This document shows positions 1 to 11,905 of a stretch of 64,000 nucleotides of DNA, piece by piece. The notes beneath the pieces are model-generated. The model did not search any database and was not told the DNA's origin. It saw nothing but the letters and a program-made list of their open reading frames with translations. Made by a program: the position numbers and the translations under genes. Location: assembly GCA_028534125.1 (NCBI GenBank), contig CM052816.1, positions 56,484,001 through 56,548,000 of the forward strand, read 5' to 3'. Origin of the DNA: Lama glama. Its lineage: Eukaryota. How positions within the stretch are numbered: position 1 is the first letter of the stretch; each line of letters opens with the position of its first letter.

Positions 1-744
1 GCCGGATGACCTCTTAAACTCAAGTTATTTCTCTAATCACCCAAGTTCCCTTAATTTTCCAAAGCTTCCCTACCTCCTTCCTTAGTTCATCCTCATCTTC
101 TCTATACACAATGGATTATTTGTGTCACCGTGACCTGGGAGTCTTTCTAACCGAGAATCCATTTCCTGACTACTTTTACGAACTATACGCTCTTTCATAC
201 AAGATTGCCTCTCTGGGCATTGGCAGATGGAGAGCGTCTGGGGCCGTGGCCACAAATGTTTAGAAGCTACAAAGGTCATGTCTGCTGCTTAATGGATATT
301 TGATTTCTGATAATGGACTTGTGACAAACACCTATCATTTGAATACTAATTACTGTGATTTATATTGAATTCTCATTGGCCGCCTCAGGAGCTGATGTTC
401 CAGAAAGTCCCTGCTGGGTGAGAGACATAGAATCATGTCTGGCATGGAGACGTTAAAAGGAGAACAGTACACTTTGTTCTTTTGGCGAGCTCCCACTTAA
501 CTGACAAATCTGTTGAGCTGGAGAGCTTTGTTTAAGCAAGGAGTAAGGAATGATTTAATTCATGTGACAGTCTAAAGATGATATTTCCAAGATGGGCTAG
601 GAGGGAGAGGTCTGACCTCTTTTCTCTAAAGAGGGGAAGACTGTAGCTCGGTGGGAAGACCGTGAACTTCACAAGTAGAAAGATCTGGATTTTCAATTCC
701 AGTGTCACTGTGCATTATTATTATTGTGGTTGTAAGTAATGATA

Positions 745-960
745 AGTAATAACAAAAATAGCTTGTTTACTTTGCACACAAAGGCAGGATATTAGGTGCT
801 TCCTTGAATTATCTTATTTAATCACTGCAACCATCCTGTGATGGTCTATCCTGAGGTATTATTGGTCATCTCTATTTTACAAGTGAGAAGATTGAGGCTT
901 AGAGAATGAATCAGTCAGGGTCCTGGCAGGAAGCAGGATTGAATTTAGATGGTTTCCAAT
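745..960 (-). mobile_element. MIR SINE
   Basis: ttttacaagtgagaagattgaggcttagaga and cttatttaatcactgcaaccatcctgtga match the reverse-complemented MIR core. Confidence 0.7.
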
Positions 961-964
961 ATGG

Positions 965-1375
965 AGCCTTTAAAGGAAGGCTCCTCACAGAGATGGGGCA
1001 GGGATCAGGGCACCAACAGAAGAAACGGAGGCGTTGGAGAATGCAGCCTCGGAGATCTGTTACCACCCTTAGTGCTGAAGGGGTAAGAGGCGGAAATGCA
1101 GTGCTTGCATGGGAAGGAGGGCCTGCCCAGTGGGACTGATGTCACAGGGGGATGCTGCAACGGCCAGAAGTGTGGCAGCACCTCGGGGAGGAAGTGGGGA
1201 GAACACCTCAACCTCTCTCCCTTCTCCGCTCTCGTCACCTGTCTCTGCCTCTCGCTGACCCGCCCCTACAGGGAAGCCAGGGGGCCAGGCAGACGGATGA
1301 TGTTTTGCAGATCCAGGACACAAGCAGATTAGAGGAGCAGGAGGATGGGTTGAGGGTTGGACACTCTGAAGACAC
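965..1375 (-). mobile_element. LTR33-like solo LTR (ERVL)
   Basis: Collinear similarity to recalled antisense LTR33: tgttaccacccttagtgctgaagggg ... ctcaacctctctcccttc ... ggaagccagggggcc. Confidence 0.6.
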
Positions 1376-1404
1376 AGGCGGGATCCCACCCAGAATGTGG
1401 TTTG

Positions 1405-1700
1405 GATGTTGAGACCAACACCACCATACATACACAAGAAGGTATGGAAAGGTTTAGCTCACATGATGAGGTTTTCAGGGAGAGTGTGGCAGGCCCCAAG
1501 CAGGTCTCAAAATGGTTTGAGAGAGCAGAGACAGGAGACTAGCTTGGTATTTTCATAGAGATTTGAGGATGGGACCAGAGTGGGGGTTTAAACGTCCGGC
1601 CAGTGCCAAAGGAGAGGGCACCCAGGCTTTCTAATTAGCCGGTCCAGATGAGGGGCGGGAGAAGAGGAAGGGGTGAGTCTTACAAGCGCAGATTCTTTAT
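1405..1700 (-). mobile_element. Probable ancient LTR fragment, family not assigned
   Basis: tgttgagaccaacaccaccatacatacacaagaaggtatggaaaggtttagctcac resembles an antisense LTR U5/polyA region. Confidence 0.4.
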
Positions 1701-1841
1701 TGTAAGATGTCAGACGGAGACTACCCAGCGGACCGAGTCCAGTGTGTTGCCCCAAATCACCTAGTTTTAACTCGTGCACTAGGTTTTCAACCCAAGTCAG
1801 TCTTTGGCCCAAACTCATGCTTTTCATGATCACATTCACTG

Positions 1842-1912
1842 GCTTTGTGACCTTGAATGAATGGCTTCACCTCTTGGTGTTAAAACCTCAGTTTCCTCAT
1901 CCATAAAATGGA
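1842..1912 (+). mobile_element. MIR core fragment
   Basis: tgtgaccttgaat...cctcagtttcctcatccataaaatgg. Confidence 0.65.
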
Positions 1913-4654
1913 AACCCTCTCTCTCTGCCCGGTGTGTGCGCCTGGCGGGTGTTCTGTGAGTGGCAGTTCTCAGCCCCGCCCTCTCGTTTTCCTGAGGAGG
2001 TTGTGATTGATGGTGTTGTCTCCTTCCCCCGTCCTGTCTGTCTCCATCGCGGCTTCTGGATACCCTGGTGTGGACCTTGTGTGTCTTTGTGAAAAGTCTG
2101 GCATAGACTTCACCCCCATTCCCCCAAGGAGCATATCCTTGGACACCAAACTGCTACCTCTTTCTACGATAAGGTTGAGAAGACTCATCCTGCCAAGTGA
2201 AGCAACAAGCTTAAATCTGTCTCGCTGGCGTGCTTCCAGGAGGCAGCTGCAAAGCTTTCAACCAATTGGACCCCAAGCAACGTGACCCAGGAGGTAAGAA
2301 ATGAAAGGAGCCTGTCTTACTCCCTCCTTGGTTATCAACTTCGGAATATCACCTTTTGAAGGCGCTAGGTAAGAGGAGGTGTGAGATGGGTATTTTTACC
2401 CCCAGCGATTCTTCAATGTCATGTGGTTCCAGAACCTTCTATTTCTCTAGTTCTGCCCCCGCTCACCCACTCCATGGGCTAAGAGGTGTTTTGCACATAA
2501 TCTTTCCTTAATTCATCTTAGTTGAATTAAAACAATCACAGTGAAGACTGATTTTGAACCGATGAGACACCAGCTAAGCCACCAATGGCTTCTGAGTTTT
2601 TCTTTTTAAAATGAGGCCCTGAAGATGAATTGTAAAAATACAGGATGTTTCAGAAAGAATTTTGCTAGTGGCTATCTTTTCACCTGCGGGAACTGAAATC
2701 ACTTCTGAGAAATCCCAGGTCCTCAAACTGAATACAGATGAACAACTGCCCCATCAGGTGACAACACCAGCTCACAGCCCGGGACTGGGTGGGTCCTGAG
2801 TCTGCAAACGCCGATTCATTCGGCTGAGGGGCTGAGGATGTAAAGCGAAGATACTGCTCAAAAAGCTGTGCCAGGCACTTTTCTGGGCATTTCAAAAATC
2901 CTTAGTGGAAAAAAAAAGTCCTGGCCTGTGTCCCTCAGCCAGCAGTCCTGTTGCGGGTGAGAACAGATGCTCCTTTGGCTCAGTAAAAAGCACAACACGA
3001 GTCTTTTTCTTCCTGCTTTTTAAACCAGAAAACACCATCCGCAGCAGGCCGAAATAAGGCAGGTGGCATCCATTCGAATTGGAAATGAGGTCTGAGATAA
3101 TCACTGTGGGATCGAGCGTGGCCAGCCTCGGGGAGGGGCTCCGGTCAGAGGGCTCATTGTTTCTCTCCTATGATGAGCAGACTCTATAAAATGTCCGGCT
3201 CCTGAGGCCACTTTGATTCCCGAAAATGTATCAATTGTTCTCTTGTGGGCTGTCCTTTGCACAATTTGCTTTTGATGAACCCCGAGTGCTCCTCATGACT
3301 GGGCAGGCCTGCCTGGGGCAGGGACCTGGGCTTCCTGTGCAGCAAGCCAGGAAGCAGCGGTTCTGTGTGGGATAACGCTGAAGGGGTCTGGGAAGTGCCC
3401 GGAGTGCCGGTGTCACCTGCCTGGCACAGCCCCTCCACGGGTAGGAATCTTTAGAGCCGGCGGGAGTAGAGTTAGAGTTCACGGGTACAGACAGCCTGGG
3501 GATCTTCAGCCACCTCCTGGCTGGAAAAGGCAGGATCGAGCAGTGGCGTAGGTGGGTGGGGGCCTTCCTGACCCTCTGTCCGTGTCCACGCTTCCCTTCC
3601 TCCTTCCCAGCACAGGAGGATACCCCCAGCAGCCGCCCGCGTCATGCAAGGTGGGGCGGGGAGAGCTGGGGGCTGGGGAACAAACCCCCGTCTCACATGT
3701 CCCCTCTTCCACGCCATTCCCCCTACTTCGCTACAGTCTCCTCAATAAAGCCCAAACGTAACAGCACTCTGGGCTCAGAGATGGGCCCCCCACCGGAGGG
3801 GGTTCCGAGTGAAAGCATTACTGCCTCCCAGCGGTGTGGCCTCCCTTCCAGCTGGGTGATGGTAGCTGCGGCTTCGCCAGCCTCCTCTGTGCATGTAACC
3901 AAAGCAGGGGCGGTGGATTTCATTCCTCGTGAAGCGCTGCTTTGGGAACTGTTTGGGAACAGGGAGTATTTTTCTATTTTTCAGAGCCCCTTGGATTTTG
4001 CCACAAGGCCCCAATGATTGGCAGTGTGGCCCCTAGGAAGAAGAATGGGAGCTGAGATGTATCAAGAGGCCCAAAGTTTTCCTACCTTGGGATGCAGTAG
4101 CTGCAACTCTCGGCATCTTTCCTCGCAAGGAAATATCCAGAAACGCAGACAAAGCTTTATGTGCAAAAATATTCATTGCAGTAGTGTTTTTTTCTGGCTG
4201 GGGAAATAATTGCTCTAAGAGCTGGCAAATCATTCCTTTAAGAGAGAAAACTGCCTTGGGCTAGGGTCACAACTTCTGGGGCAGTTGTGATTACGAGAGT
4301 GAGGCTCTCTAGTGATGAACCGGAGCTGGACAAAGAGTTAAGTAAGCTTCTCCGCATGGAGGTTTATGGGAATCGGAGGGCTAGGAAGAGCTGGCAGTAG
4401 CACAGAGGGACAGAAGACGGGAGAATGAACAGAGCATCTGGAAGGGGGCGGAGGAGCTATCTAGAAATGTCTGGGCTTAGAAGTTGAAGGAGTGGGTAGT
4501 CTGTAGGCATCTATCTGTCTGAGTTTATTTGAATGTGGGAAAGAGAGGCAGAAGGAGGCAAGCTGGATAGGGGAGACGGAGTGGCACCCCTGGTCCATGG
4601 GCAGAGTTCTCAGGTCTAAGCTGAGAGATTATTTTCCACAGAGGAACACTAGGA

Positions 4655-4803
4655 TCTTGCTACCCAGAGCCGGGTGCTGGGACCAGCTACATCAGCATCA
4701 CCTGGGAGCATGCAGACGCACCCAAGACCCTGTGAACAGGGATCTGCGTTTTGACGAGATCCCAGGTGATTCACGTGCACGTTGAAGTGTGGGGAGTGCT
4801 GCC
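4655..4803 (+). mobile_element. MER5A (hAT-Charlie) non-autonomous DNA transposon
   Basis: ggaccagctacatcagcatcacctgggag ... atctgcgttttgacgagatcccaggtgattcacgtgcacgttgaagtgt. Confidence 0.7.
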
Positions 4804-7800
4804 CCGGGAGACCCAGTGTATCCACGTCCATCTCAGAGAGTGGGAACAAGCAGCGTCTCCCCACGTCTGCCTGGAGCGCTGCTGGGTTGGGGCACAGATA
4901 CAGCAGGGGATCGACTAGGGCCACGGAGTCTCACGCAAGGAAGGGTGGCAGTTAGCGCATCGCCCTCAATGACTTTTCAGGTGGTGAAGACAGTAAAAAG
5001 GACAGGGAGGGGAAAGCGTGCCAGGATTGTCTGCATACAAACATGAGCTATACTAGGAGTTCTCAAAAATAACACAGGTTTGGAGGAAGGGGACACGTTG
5101 TGTTACATGAAGGCCTCTCTGGATTAGTGCTGTCAGCAGGACCGCTTTGAAGACAGAGCTGGAAAGGTCCTGGGAGGGCTCAGTGTGTGTGCAGCTTGTG
5201 TGATCTTCACTAGAAGCAAAGTCCATAGACAAAGGAATATTATATAGACAATAACATGTGTTTTTTTTCATACACTCAAAAAAAAAAAAGATCAGAAGGA
5301 AATGTGCTCAACTTATCTCTGTGTGATTTCAGGTTCTACCTTCAACCATTTTTGTACTTGGCAAATTTTCTGCAGTGATGGGGTCAAATATAAGTAGAAA
5401 AATGCAACAAACTGTAAATCGTGCCTGCCTTCTTCATATTTTTCTGTCCTTTCCAGAGTTTCTCCATGAACTGGTAATGCCTTTGTCAGCAGGAGGGAAA
5501 CAGAAAGAAGCAAGGGCTGTGGACTCAGGAGACCCAGTGTTCCAGGTGGACCCTTGCCCTTCACAGCTGTGTGATCCACAGTTCCAACACCTCATTCAAC
5601 CCCTCCTTGCTCACATGTAAAGTGCGATGCTGCCACAGACCCCAGGGGCTGGGGAGATAATGGATGTGGAGGACACTGTGAGCTGGTAGGTGCTACACAG
5701 ATGGTAGGAGCCCAGGTGGCGGCATAGGGTCACACAGGGTCCTTCCTCGGAGTACTTCCATCAGGTCAGTGGAGAGTGTCTGCCTTGGGCTGATTTCAGG
5801 GAAAGCCTCCAGCCTCTGGAAGGGACTCTTCCCTCCACAAATGAGAGAATATGAGGGCCCAAAGTTCTTCATCCCCTTTGGCCAGTGTGACAGATAGAAT
5901 TCCTGAACTTTTGTTAACAGAAGGCCACATGTCACCCGTCAGACAAGAGCAGCATCTCTCATTAACGTCACTAGGATCAGGCCGTGCTGTTTTCTACTGA
6001 GTCCTCATCCCCCACATGACAGTGGCATCCTCTAGGCAAGCCATTTGAGTTTCTCCATGAAGAATTAGAATCCCTGTTTCAGACAAGAGCAACAGTAACA
6101 ACAAAACCAAAAAGATGTATCTCTGAAATCTAGAGTAGTTCCCTGAAATAAAAGTAGGTATGACTAAAAGATAAATCGAATAGTCTCGAAGGCCAATTCA
6201 ACGTATCTGGGAGAAGCTTCTCTTCACACAGACTGAAGCATTCTGGTGGAGATCCCCATACATGAGGCCGCTTGGTCCTGGAAGCTCAGTGCATAGGTCA
6301 GCCGTGGTTGCTGAGGCCGGGAGTGTTTCTGACGTGCAGCCTGGGGTGCTGCCATGTGGGACAATCAGTAGGCTGATCAGAAAGCCCCTGTGTCCCCCTG
6401 TGATTCTCCTTAAATCAGTAGAAATGTGATGTAGAAACCTGGAGGGCCCTGGCTTAGATGAAGGTTTGCAGGTAGGTCCCTCACCTGGCGATTCAGTGTC
6501 TGATGATGATGCAAGAAGCCCCATGAGATCAAATCCCACTTTTAAATTAAAAAAAAAAAAAAGAGGACTGGACCCTGGCAGGATCCAGTCTTCCAATTTT
6601 AGGAAGATTTCTCACTTTGCAGATATGGAATGTCAGGCCTTTTGTTGAGATAAGAAATTAGTCAGAATGCTGACTTATAGTCGTAATGATTTTGACCCTC
6701 GTCAAATACAAGCCAGGCCATTTGTTAACTTCTTTGCCCTTGGTTGTGTCTTTGGCTTTGACAGACAGTAGCCAATGTGGCGGCCAACAAACACTGGCTG
6801 GGCCAGCCGTCCCTGGGGCCTGGCCAGGCGGCTCTCTTCCCCACTCTGCCTCGGGAGCTGTTCCGTGGGGCTCAGCTGGGCAGAGACCCAGAGAGGCAGC
6901 AGGAGACGAGGGGCCGGCCGGGGGCTGGGAAAGGACCAGAGACCCTTGCTGGCGTACCGACAGCCCAGAACTCCCTGCGCATCAAGGCGGGGAGGGCAGG
7001 CTCGTCTTTCCTTCCTTCCCATGTCCTTGCCCGTCCTTGCCCGGCAGGCTGCATGCTGCCCCGTCACTGCTGCCTTTCCCCTTCCCGGATGTAGTGTGAA
7101 TTTTCGCTAGTCTGCACCTGGTAACAAAGAAGTCGGTCTGTGGCCAGGGGAACACTGTATTTTGCTGCGGATGGGCTTTGAAGGCTAAACTCTGGCCTGC
7201 TGCAACCTGGGGAGAAAATTCTGATGTACAAGGAAAGACCACACAGAAACTGTTACCGGCTGTATTTTTAGTGACTCGTTTTTTTTCCCCAGGCATTGAT
7301 GTGGGTGCTTTATATGTAAATTTTTGAGCATCTAATGTTGCAGAATATGCAAATATGACTACATTATTTATTTCCGCTGCTGGAAGAAGCAAGCTCTTCA
7401 TTCCTGGGGGATGGGAGGCTGCCGCTGTTCTTCTAAAGGCTGAGCCTTCTTTCCCTTAGGAAAGATAAACCAGCTCTTTGATGGGCCATTGGCTCCATAA
7501 ATCATCCTGCACATCTCCCCTCGAGCCACTAAACTTCCTCATAAAACCAAAGAGTAGGAAGATTATTTTTTTTTCTTTTAAAGGGCTGAGAAAGAGAGGC
7601 TCAAGGTGGGGCTGAGTGGAGTTCTCCAGGAGTCAGGATAAGAAAAGAGGGGTGGTTGATGCATTCCAACGGGGCTAAAACTTGAGCGCACATGCATCTA
7701 CACTCTAGAAGGTGCCGGAGCTAGGAGGGAAATGGCTCAGGGTTCCACGTGGCTGCTGGAATCCAAAAGCAGTGAGTCCTGCAAGGCCAGTTAGTCATGA

Positions 7801-8225
7801 AGGGTGTAGCCCCCCGCAGGGCCATCTGCCTTTGACAAGGCTGTGTGAGTCTGGTAAGACCATCTTCAGAGGTCATCTCAGAAGACTGGCAACCTGTGGC
7901 CTCTCCCCACCAGATTTCCTTGACTGAATTCCTGGATTAACAGGTCAAGGGATCAGGAACCAAACAAACACAACAGGACAGGTGTTAGACTGCTCACGAC
8001 ATTGGTGAGTGGAGAGTGGGACCTGGATTTGACATCATTTAGAAAAAAGTAAAACCACCACCACCACGACTACGACCACGACGGTTCTGCCATGTAGGGC
8101 ACCACTATACCCTACATTTTGGAATCAATATGTACGTGGTAAGATTAGAGAGAAAAACAAAGGGATAATTATTAAGAAACTCTTATGGGGGAAGGAGGGT
8201 AATGTGATGGGGGTAGGCTTCTAAG

Positions 8226-8407
8226 TAGGGTTGCAAGACAAAACAGGACACCAAAGTTACATCTGAATTTCTGATGAACAATAAAAAATATTTTAGTGAA
8301 AGTATTTCCCAAATATTTCATGGGGCAAACTTATACTTTAAAAAATCATTCATTGTTTATCTAACATTAAATTCTTCTATTTTTATTTGGTAAATCTGGC
8401 TACCCCA
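8226..8407. mobile_element. MER53 palindromic hAT MITE
   Basis: Termini tagggttgcaaga and tctggctacccca; internal near-palindrome ttttagtgaaagtatttcccaaatatttcatggggcaaacttatactttaaaaa. Confidence 0.8.
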
Positions 8408-8412
8408 CTCCC

Positions 8413-8540
8413 TTTTTAAAAAATTTTTGGGAGTAATTAGTTCCATCTATTTATTTATTTTTAGAGGAGGTGCTGGGGATTGAACTCAGGACCTTGTACA
8501 TGCTAGGCATGCACTCTACCACTGAGCTATACCCTCCCCC
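8413..8540 (-). mobile_element. tRNA-derived SINE, camelid vic-1-like
   Basis: Minus strand reads gggggagggtatagctcagtggtagagtgcatgcctagcatgtacaaggtcctgagttcaatccccagcacctcc, with Pol III A and B boxes, then an AT-rich tail containing ctaattactccc. Confidence 0.85.
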
Positions 8541-8824
8541 ACCCCAGCCACTCTGTTTCTATGGTACTGGTGATGTTCTATTTCTTGACTGTGGCTATTC
8601 TATTTTTTTTTTTTTGACTCTGAGTGTGCTGAACGTTCACTACTTTTTGGAAATGTGCATATATGTTCTGGATGTTCTTGTGTATGTTATCTTTCATAAT
8701 ACATTTTTGCTTTAGTGTTCTCACTCCCCAAATATTGTGGAACAATTTGTACCTATTACAAAAGCACCATCTTATTTACCCTGTTCCTCCCTACCCCCTC
8801 CCCAACAAACATGATAAGAAATGT

Positions 8825-8950
8825 ACCCATTTCCCATTACAGATGAGGCAACTGAGGCTTGAAAGTTCAATAACTTGTCCAAGGTCACATAGCTGGTGAG
8901 TGGTAGAGCCAAGTTTGAGACTGAGCCTGAGTCTGTCAGATCCCAAAGTC
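8825..8950 (-). mobile_element. MIR SINE
   Basis: ttacagatgaggcaactgaggc...acttgtccaaggtcacatagctggtgagtggtagagcc. Confidence 0.85.
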
Positions 8951-8974
8951 TGTAAAATGCCTATGTTATGTAAC

Positions 8975-10498
8975 AAAAAATCCAACATAGATCAAAATCT
9001 CCCAGGGCTCACAGTAAACTTTCAAGGGATAGCCAAGTCACTCTGACAGTGAGATAATGAGTAAAAAGTTTAATAAGAAGAATAGAAGGAATTAGCAGAC
9101 ATCAACAGTGAGATGTCACATCTGCTGGAGTTATCTGACAAGGATGTTAAGGCAGTCATCATAAAAATGCCGTGACAGGCAATTAAGAACATGCTGGAAA
9201 TAATGAAAAAATAGAAAGTCTGAGGAAAAAAAAAACAACAAAAGAGAATACAAAGAAGAACCAAGTGAAAATGTTAGAAGCCAAAAATACAATAACAAAA
9301 TTAAAAAAATGCAATGGGGCTCAACAGCAGAATGGAGAGACAGAGAAAGGGGTCCACGAACTATTAATGTGAATAGAAAACCGTGGAAATTACCCAAAAT
9401 GAGCAAAGGAGAAAAGATAAACTAAAAAAGGAAAAATGAACAAAACCTTTCAGGGACCTGTGGGACTTTAACAAAGGATCTGACATTCATGTCACCAGAA
9501 TCTCAGACAGAAAGAGGGTGGGGCTGGAAAACTACTCAAAGAAATAACAGCTGAAAATTTCCCAAATTTGGTAAGAATTGAGAAATACACAGATTCAAGA
9601 AGCTGAGAGAATTTCAAATAGGATAGATCAAAAGAAATGCACACCAAGACGCATTATAATCAAACAGCGGAAAACTAAAGAAAAAAAAAACAAAGAGTCT
9701 TGAAAGCAATGAGAGAGAAATGCCACTTTATCTAAAGAGGAACAACAATTTCAGCGACTGTGGAAGCTGCGTCAGAAACCACGGAGGCCAGGAGGGAGTA
9801 GCACGACATTTTTCAAGAGCTGAAAGAAAATAGCTGTGTGAGTTCTACATCCTGTGAAATTATCCTCTAGGAAGGGAAATCAAGACATTCTTAGATAAAA
9901 GAAAATGAAGAGAATTTGTCACTGGCAGATCTACCCTAAAAGAATGGCTATCAGAAGTTCTTGAAAGAGTAAAGAAGTGATAAATGAAGGAATCTTGGAA
10001 CATCTGGAGGGGAAAAAAAAACCACCACAGAAAGAGTAAAAAAAATATGAGTAAATACAATAGACTTTCCTTTTCTTAAGTTTTCTAAATTATATTCGTC
10101 GGTCGTTTCAAAAAGCATAACATTGTCTGATGTGGCTTTCAATGTTTATAGAGAAAATAGTTGAGAAAATTATATTATAAATAGTGGCTGAGGGTGAGGA
10201 TGACAAAAGAGCTTAAAGGGAGATGAGATTTCTACTCTTCACTCCAACCCATAAAATATTGGCACCAGTAGATCTCTCTGGAGATCTGCATCCTGATTGT
10301 GACGGTGGATACAGAAATCTATGCGTGTGACAAAATGGAATAGAACTATACACTTACACGGTACCAGTGTCAATTTCCTGGTTGTAATATTCTGTTACAG
10401 TTACGCAAGATGTAACCATTGAGGGAATTAGGTGAAGGGTACATGGGAACCCTGTCATATCTTTGCAATTTCCTGTAAATCTGTAATTATTTCAAAAT
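8975..10498 (+). mobile_element. Degenerate L1M (L1MC/MD-like): ORF1 relic, inter-ORF spacer and 3' UTR
   Basis: ORF1 motifs LKEITAENFPNL (~9535) and QIQEAERISNRIDQKKCTPRRIIIK (~9590); L1MC-type 3' UTR at ~10270-10498 (caagatgtaaccattgagggaattaggtgaagggtacatggga...ctgtaattatttcaaaat). Confidence 0.8.
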
Positions 10499-10989
10499 CG
10501 GAGGTTGAGAGAGAGAGAGAATGAGCAGCGGGCTCTGATTCTCAGGCTTTTCCGGTGCAGTTTGACTTCAGGGTGTGTAGGAAAAGCCCCAGTGGTTATA
10601 AGATATCTGAGATAAGTCCTGGCTGGATAGAGACTCGGCTGATTGAACTGCGGCGTCTGTGGGTCAGACTGCAACAACTCGATTTTGTGTCTGGAACATG
10701 CGCTGGTTTCCTGCGCCTTTCAAGGGAATCAATATATTGACTTTCATGGACGCCGCCATATGTGGTCAGGACGTAGTTTATCTAGTTTATCTCCTCTCCC
10801 CATGCAGCAAAAGACATCGTATTGAGGGGGCTAACTGAGATGTCCACAAACCCAGATTTCCTAGGGAAGAACGGGTTACAAAATAAAAAGCCCCTTTCTT
10901 GGGAATTTCCTTCTCTTCCTTCTGGCCTTGACCTTTTGTGTGCACGGTCCGGTCTATCCTGATAATGGACGTACAAAAGCAGCCCTCTG

Positions 10990-11718
10990 TGAGTCCCCTC
11001 AGCTCTACCTCCAAACTCTATTTCGAAATCCCCCCACTCTTTCCTTTATCCTTTGCCCTTTTCCTTGTCCGGGTCACCTTGATGGCACATGTGGATTACT
11101 TCAATGTTCTCTTCCTGGTCTCTTTCTTCTGTCTTGCATCCTTAAAACGTATTCTCCGCACATCAGTCTGAGTGACATTCTAACAATGCACATCAGATCA
11201 TGTCATACCCTCGCTCTGCCCCGCTGATAGCTCCCCTTCCACGTGGAATAAAATCTGCACTTGTTACCAGGGCCTGCGGGATCCTCGGTGACCTGGCCCC
11301 TGCCTATTTCTCCGACTTTGCCTCGGTGCCTCACTTGGGCTTAAGCACACGGGCTGCTTTTCTGTTCCATCACCAGTCTAGCCGTTTCCCACCTGCAGCT
11401 TCTCCCCTCTCCTTGCAATGGGTCTCTTAGTGCTCTTTGTGCAGCTGGTTCTTGCTTTTCCTTGTGTTGCAGCTGAAATGCCCCACGTCTAAGGGGCCTT
11501 CTTTGACCCCTGCCCCCTCTCCGTCTCCAGCAGCTCCTACATCATGGACTCCCCATGACATCAGCCTATTAATTTTCTCCATAGCATTTATTATACTTTC
11601 TGATGATCCTGGTTGCTTTCCTGGTTGGTTATTGTCTGTCATTCTCCTAGAAACTAAGCTCTCTGAGGGCAGGGACTTCGCATTCCTATTCATTGTGGTC
11701 GCCTCAACTCAATAAATA
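10990..11718 (+). mobile_element. L2 LINE 3' portion
   Basis: atcagatcatgtca..., tgacctggcccctgcc, and 3' terminus aactaagctctctgagggcagggac...ctcaataaata. Confidence 0.8.
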
Positions 11719-11727
11719 GTTTTGGAC

Positions 11728-11905
11728 TTCCTACACTGTTGGTGGAAATGTAAATTGGCACAGCCATTATGGAGAACAGTACGGAGGTTCCTTTAAAAAC
11801 TGAAAATAGACTTCTGATCCAGGAACCCCACTCCTGGGCATATATCTGGAAAAAATGAAAACTCTAATTTAAAAAGATACATGCACCCCAATATTCATAG
11901 CAGCA
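11728..11905 (+). mobile_element. L1 ORF2 C-terminal fragment (relatively young)
   Basis: tacactgttggtggaaatgtaaattgg (YTVGGNVNW) ... ccactcctgggcatatatctgg ... aaagatacatgcaccccaatattcatagcagca. Confidence 0.85.

Larger units (their letters stand above)
8120..8712 (+). mobile_element. Old L1ME-type 3' UTR interrupted by MER53 and a vic-1-like SINE
   Basis: ggggtaggcttcta before 8226 resumes as ttctatggtactggtgatgttctatttcttga at about 8557 and ends tgtatgttatctttcataata. Confidence 0.55.

Noticed and set aside
3360..3900. Possible CpG island or promoter (also 6780-7090)
   Set aside because: GC-rich, but my rough hand count of CpG looks below the usual island threshold, and no first exon is evident.
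8465..8540. tRNA-like sequences with A and B boxes (also at 14.5 and 31.3 kb)
   Set aside because: Followed by SINE tails, mutually diverged, and one has a TSD; they are SINE heads, not tRNA genes.
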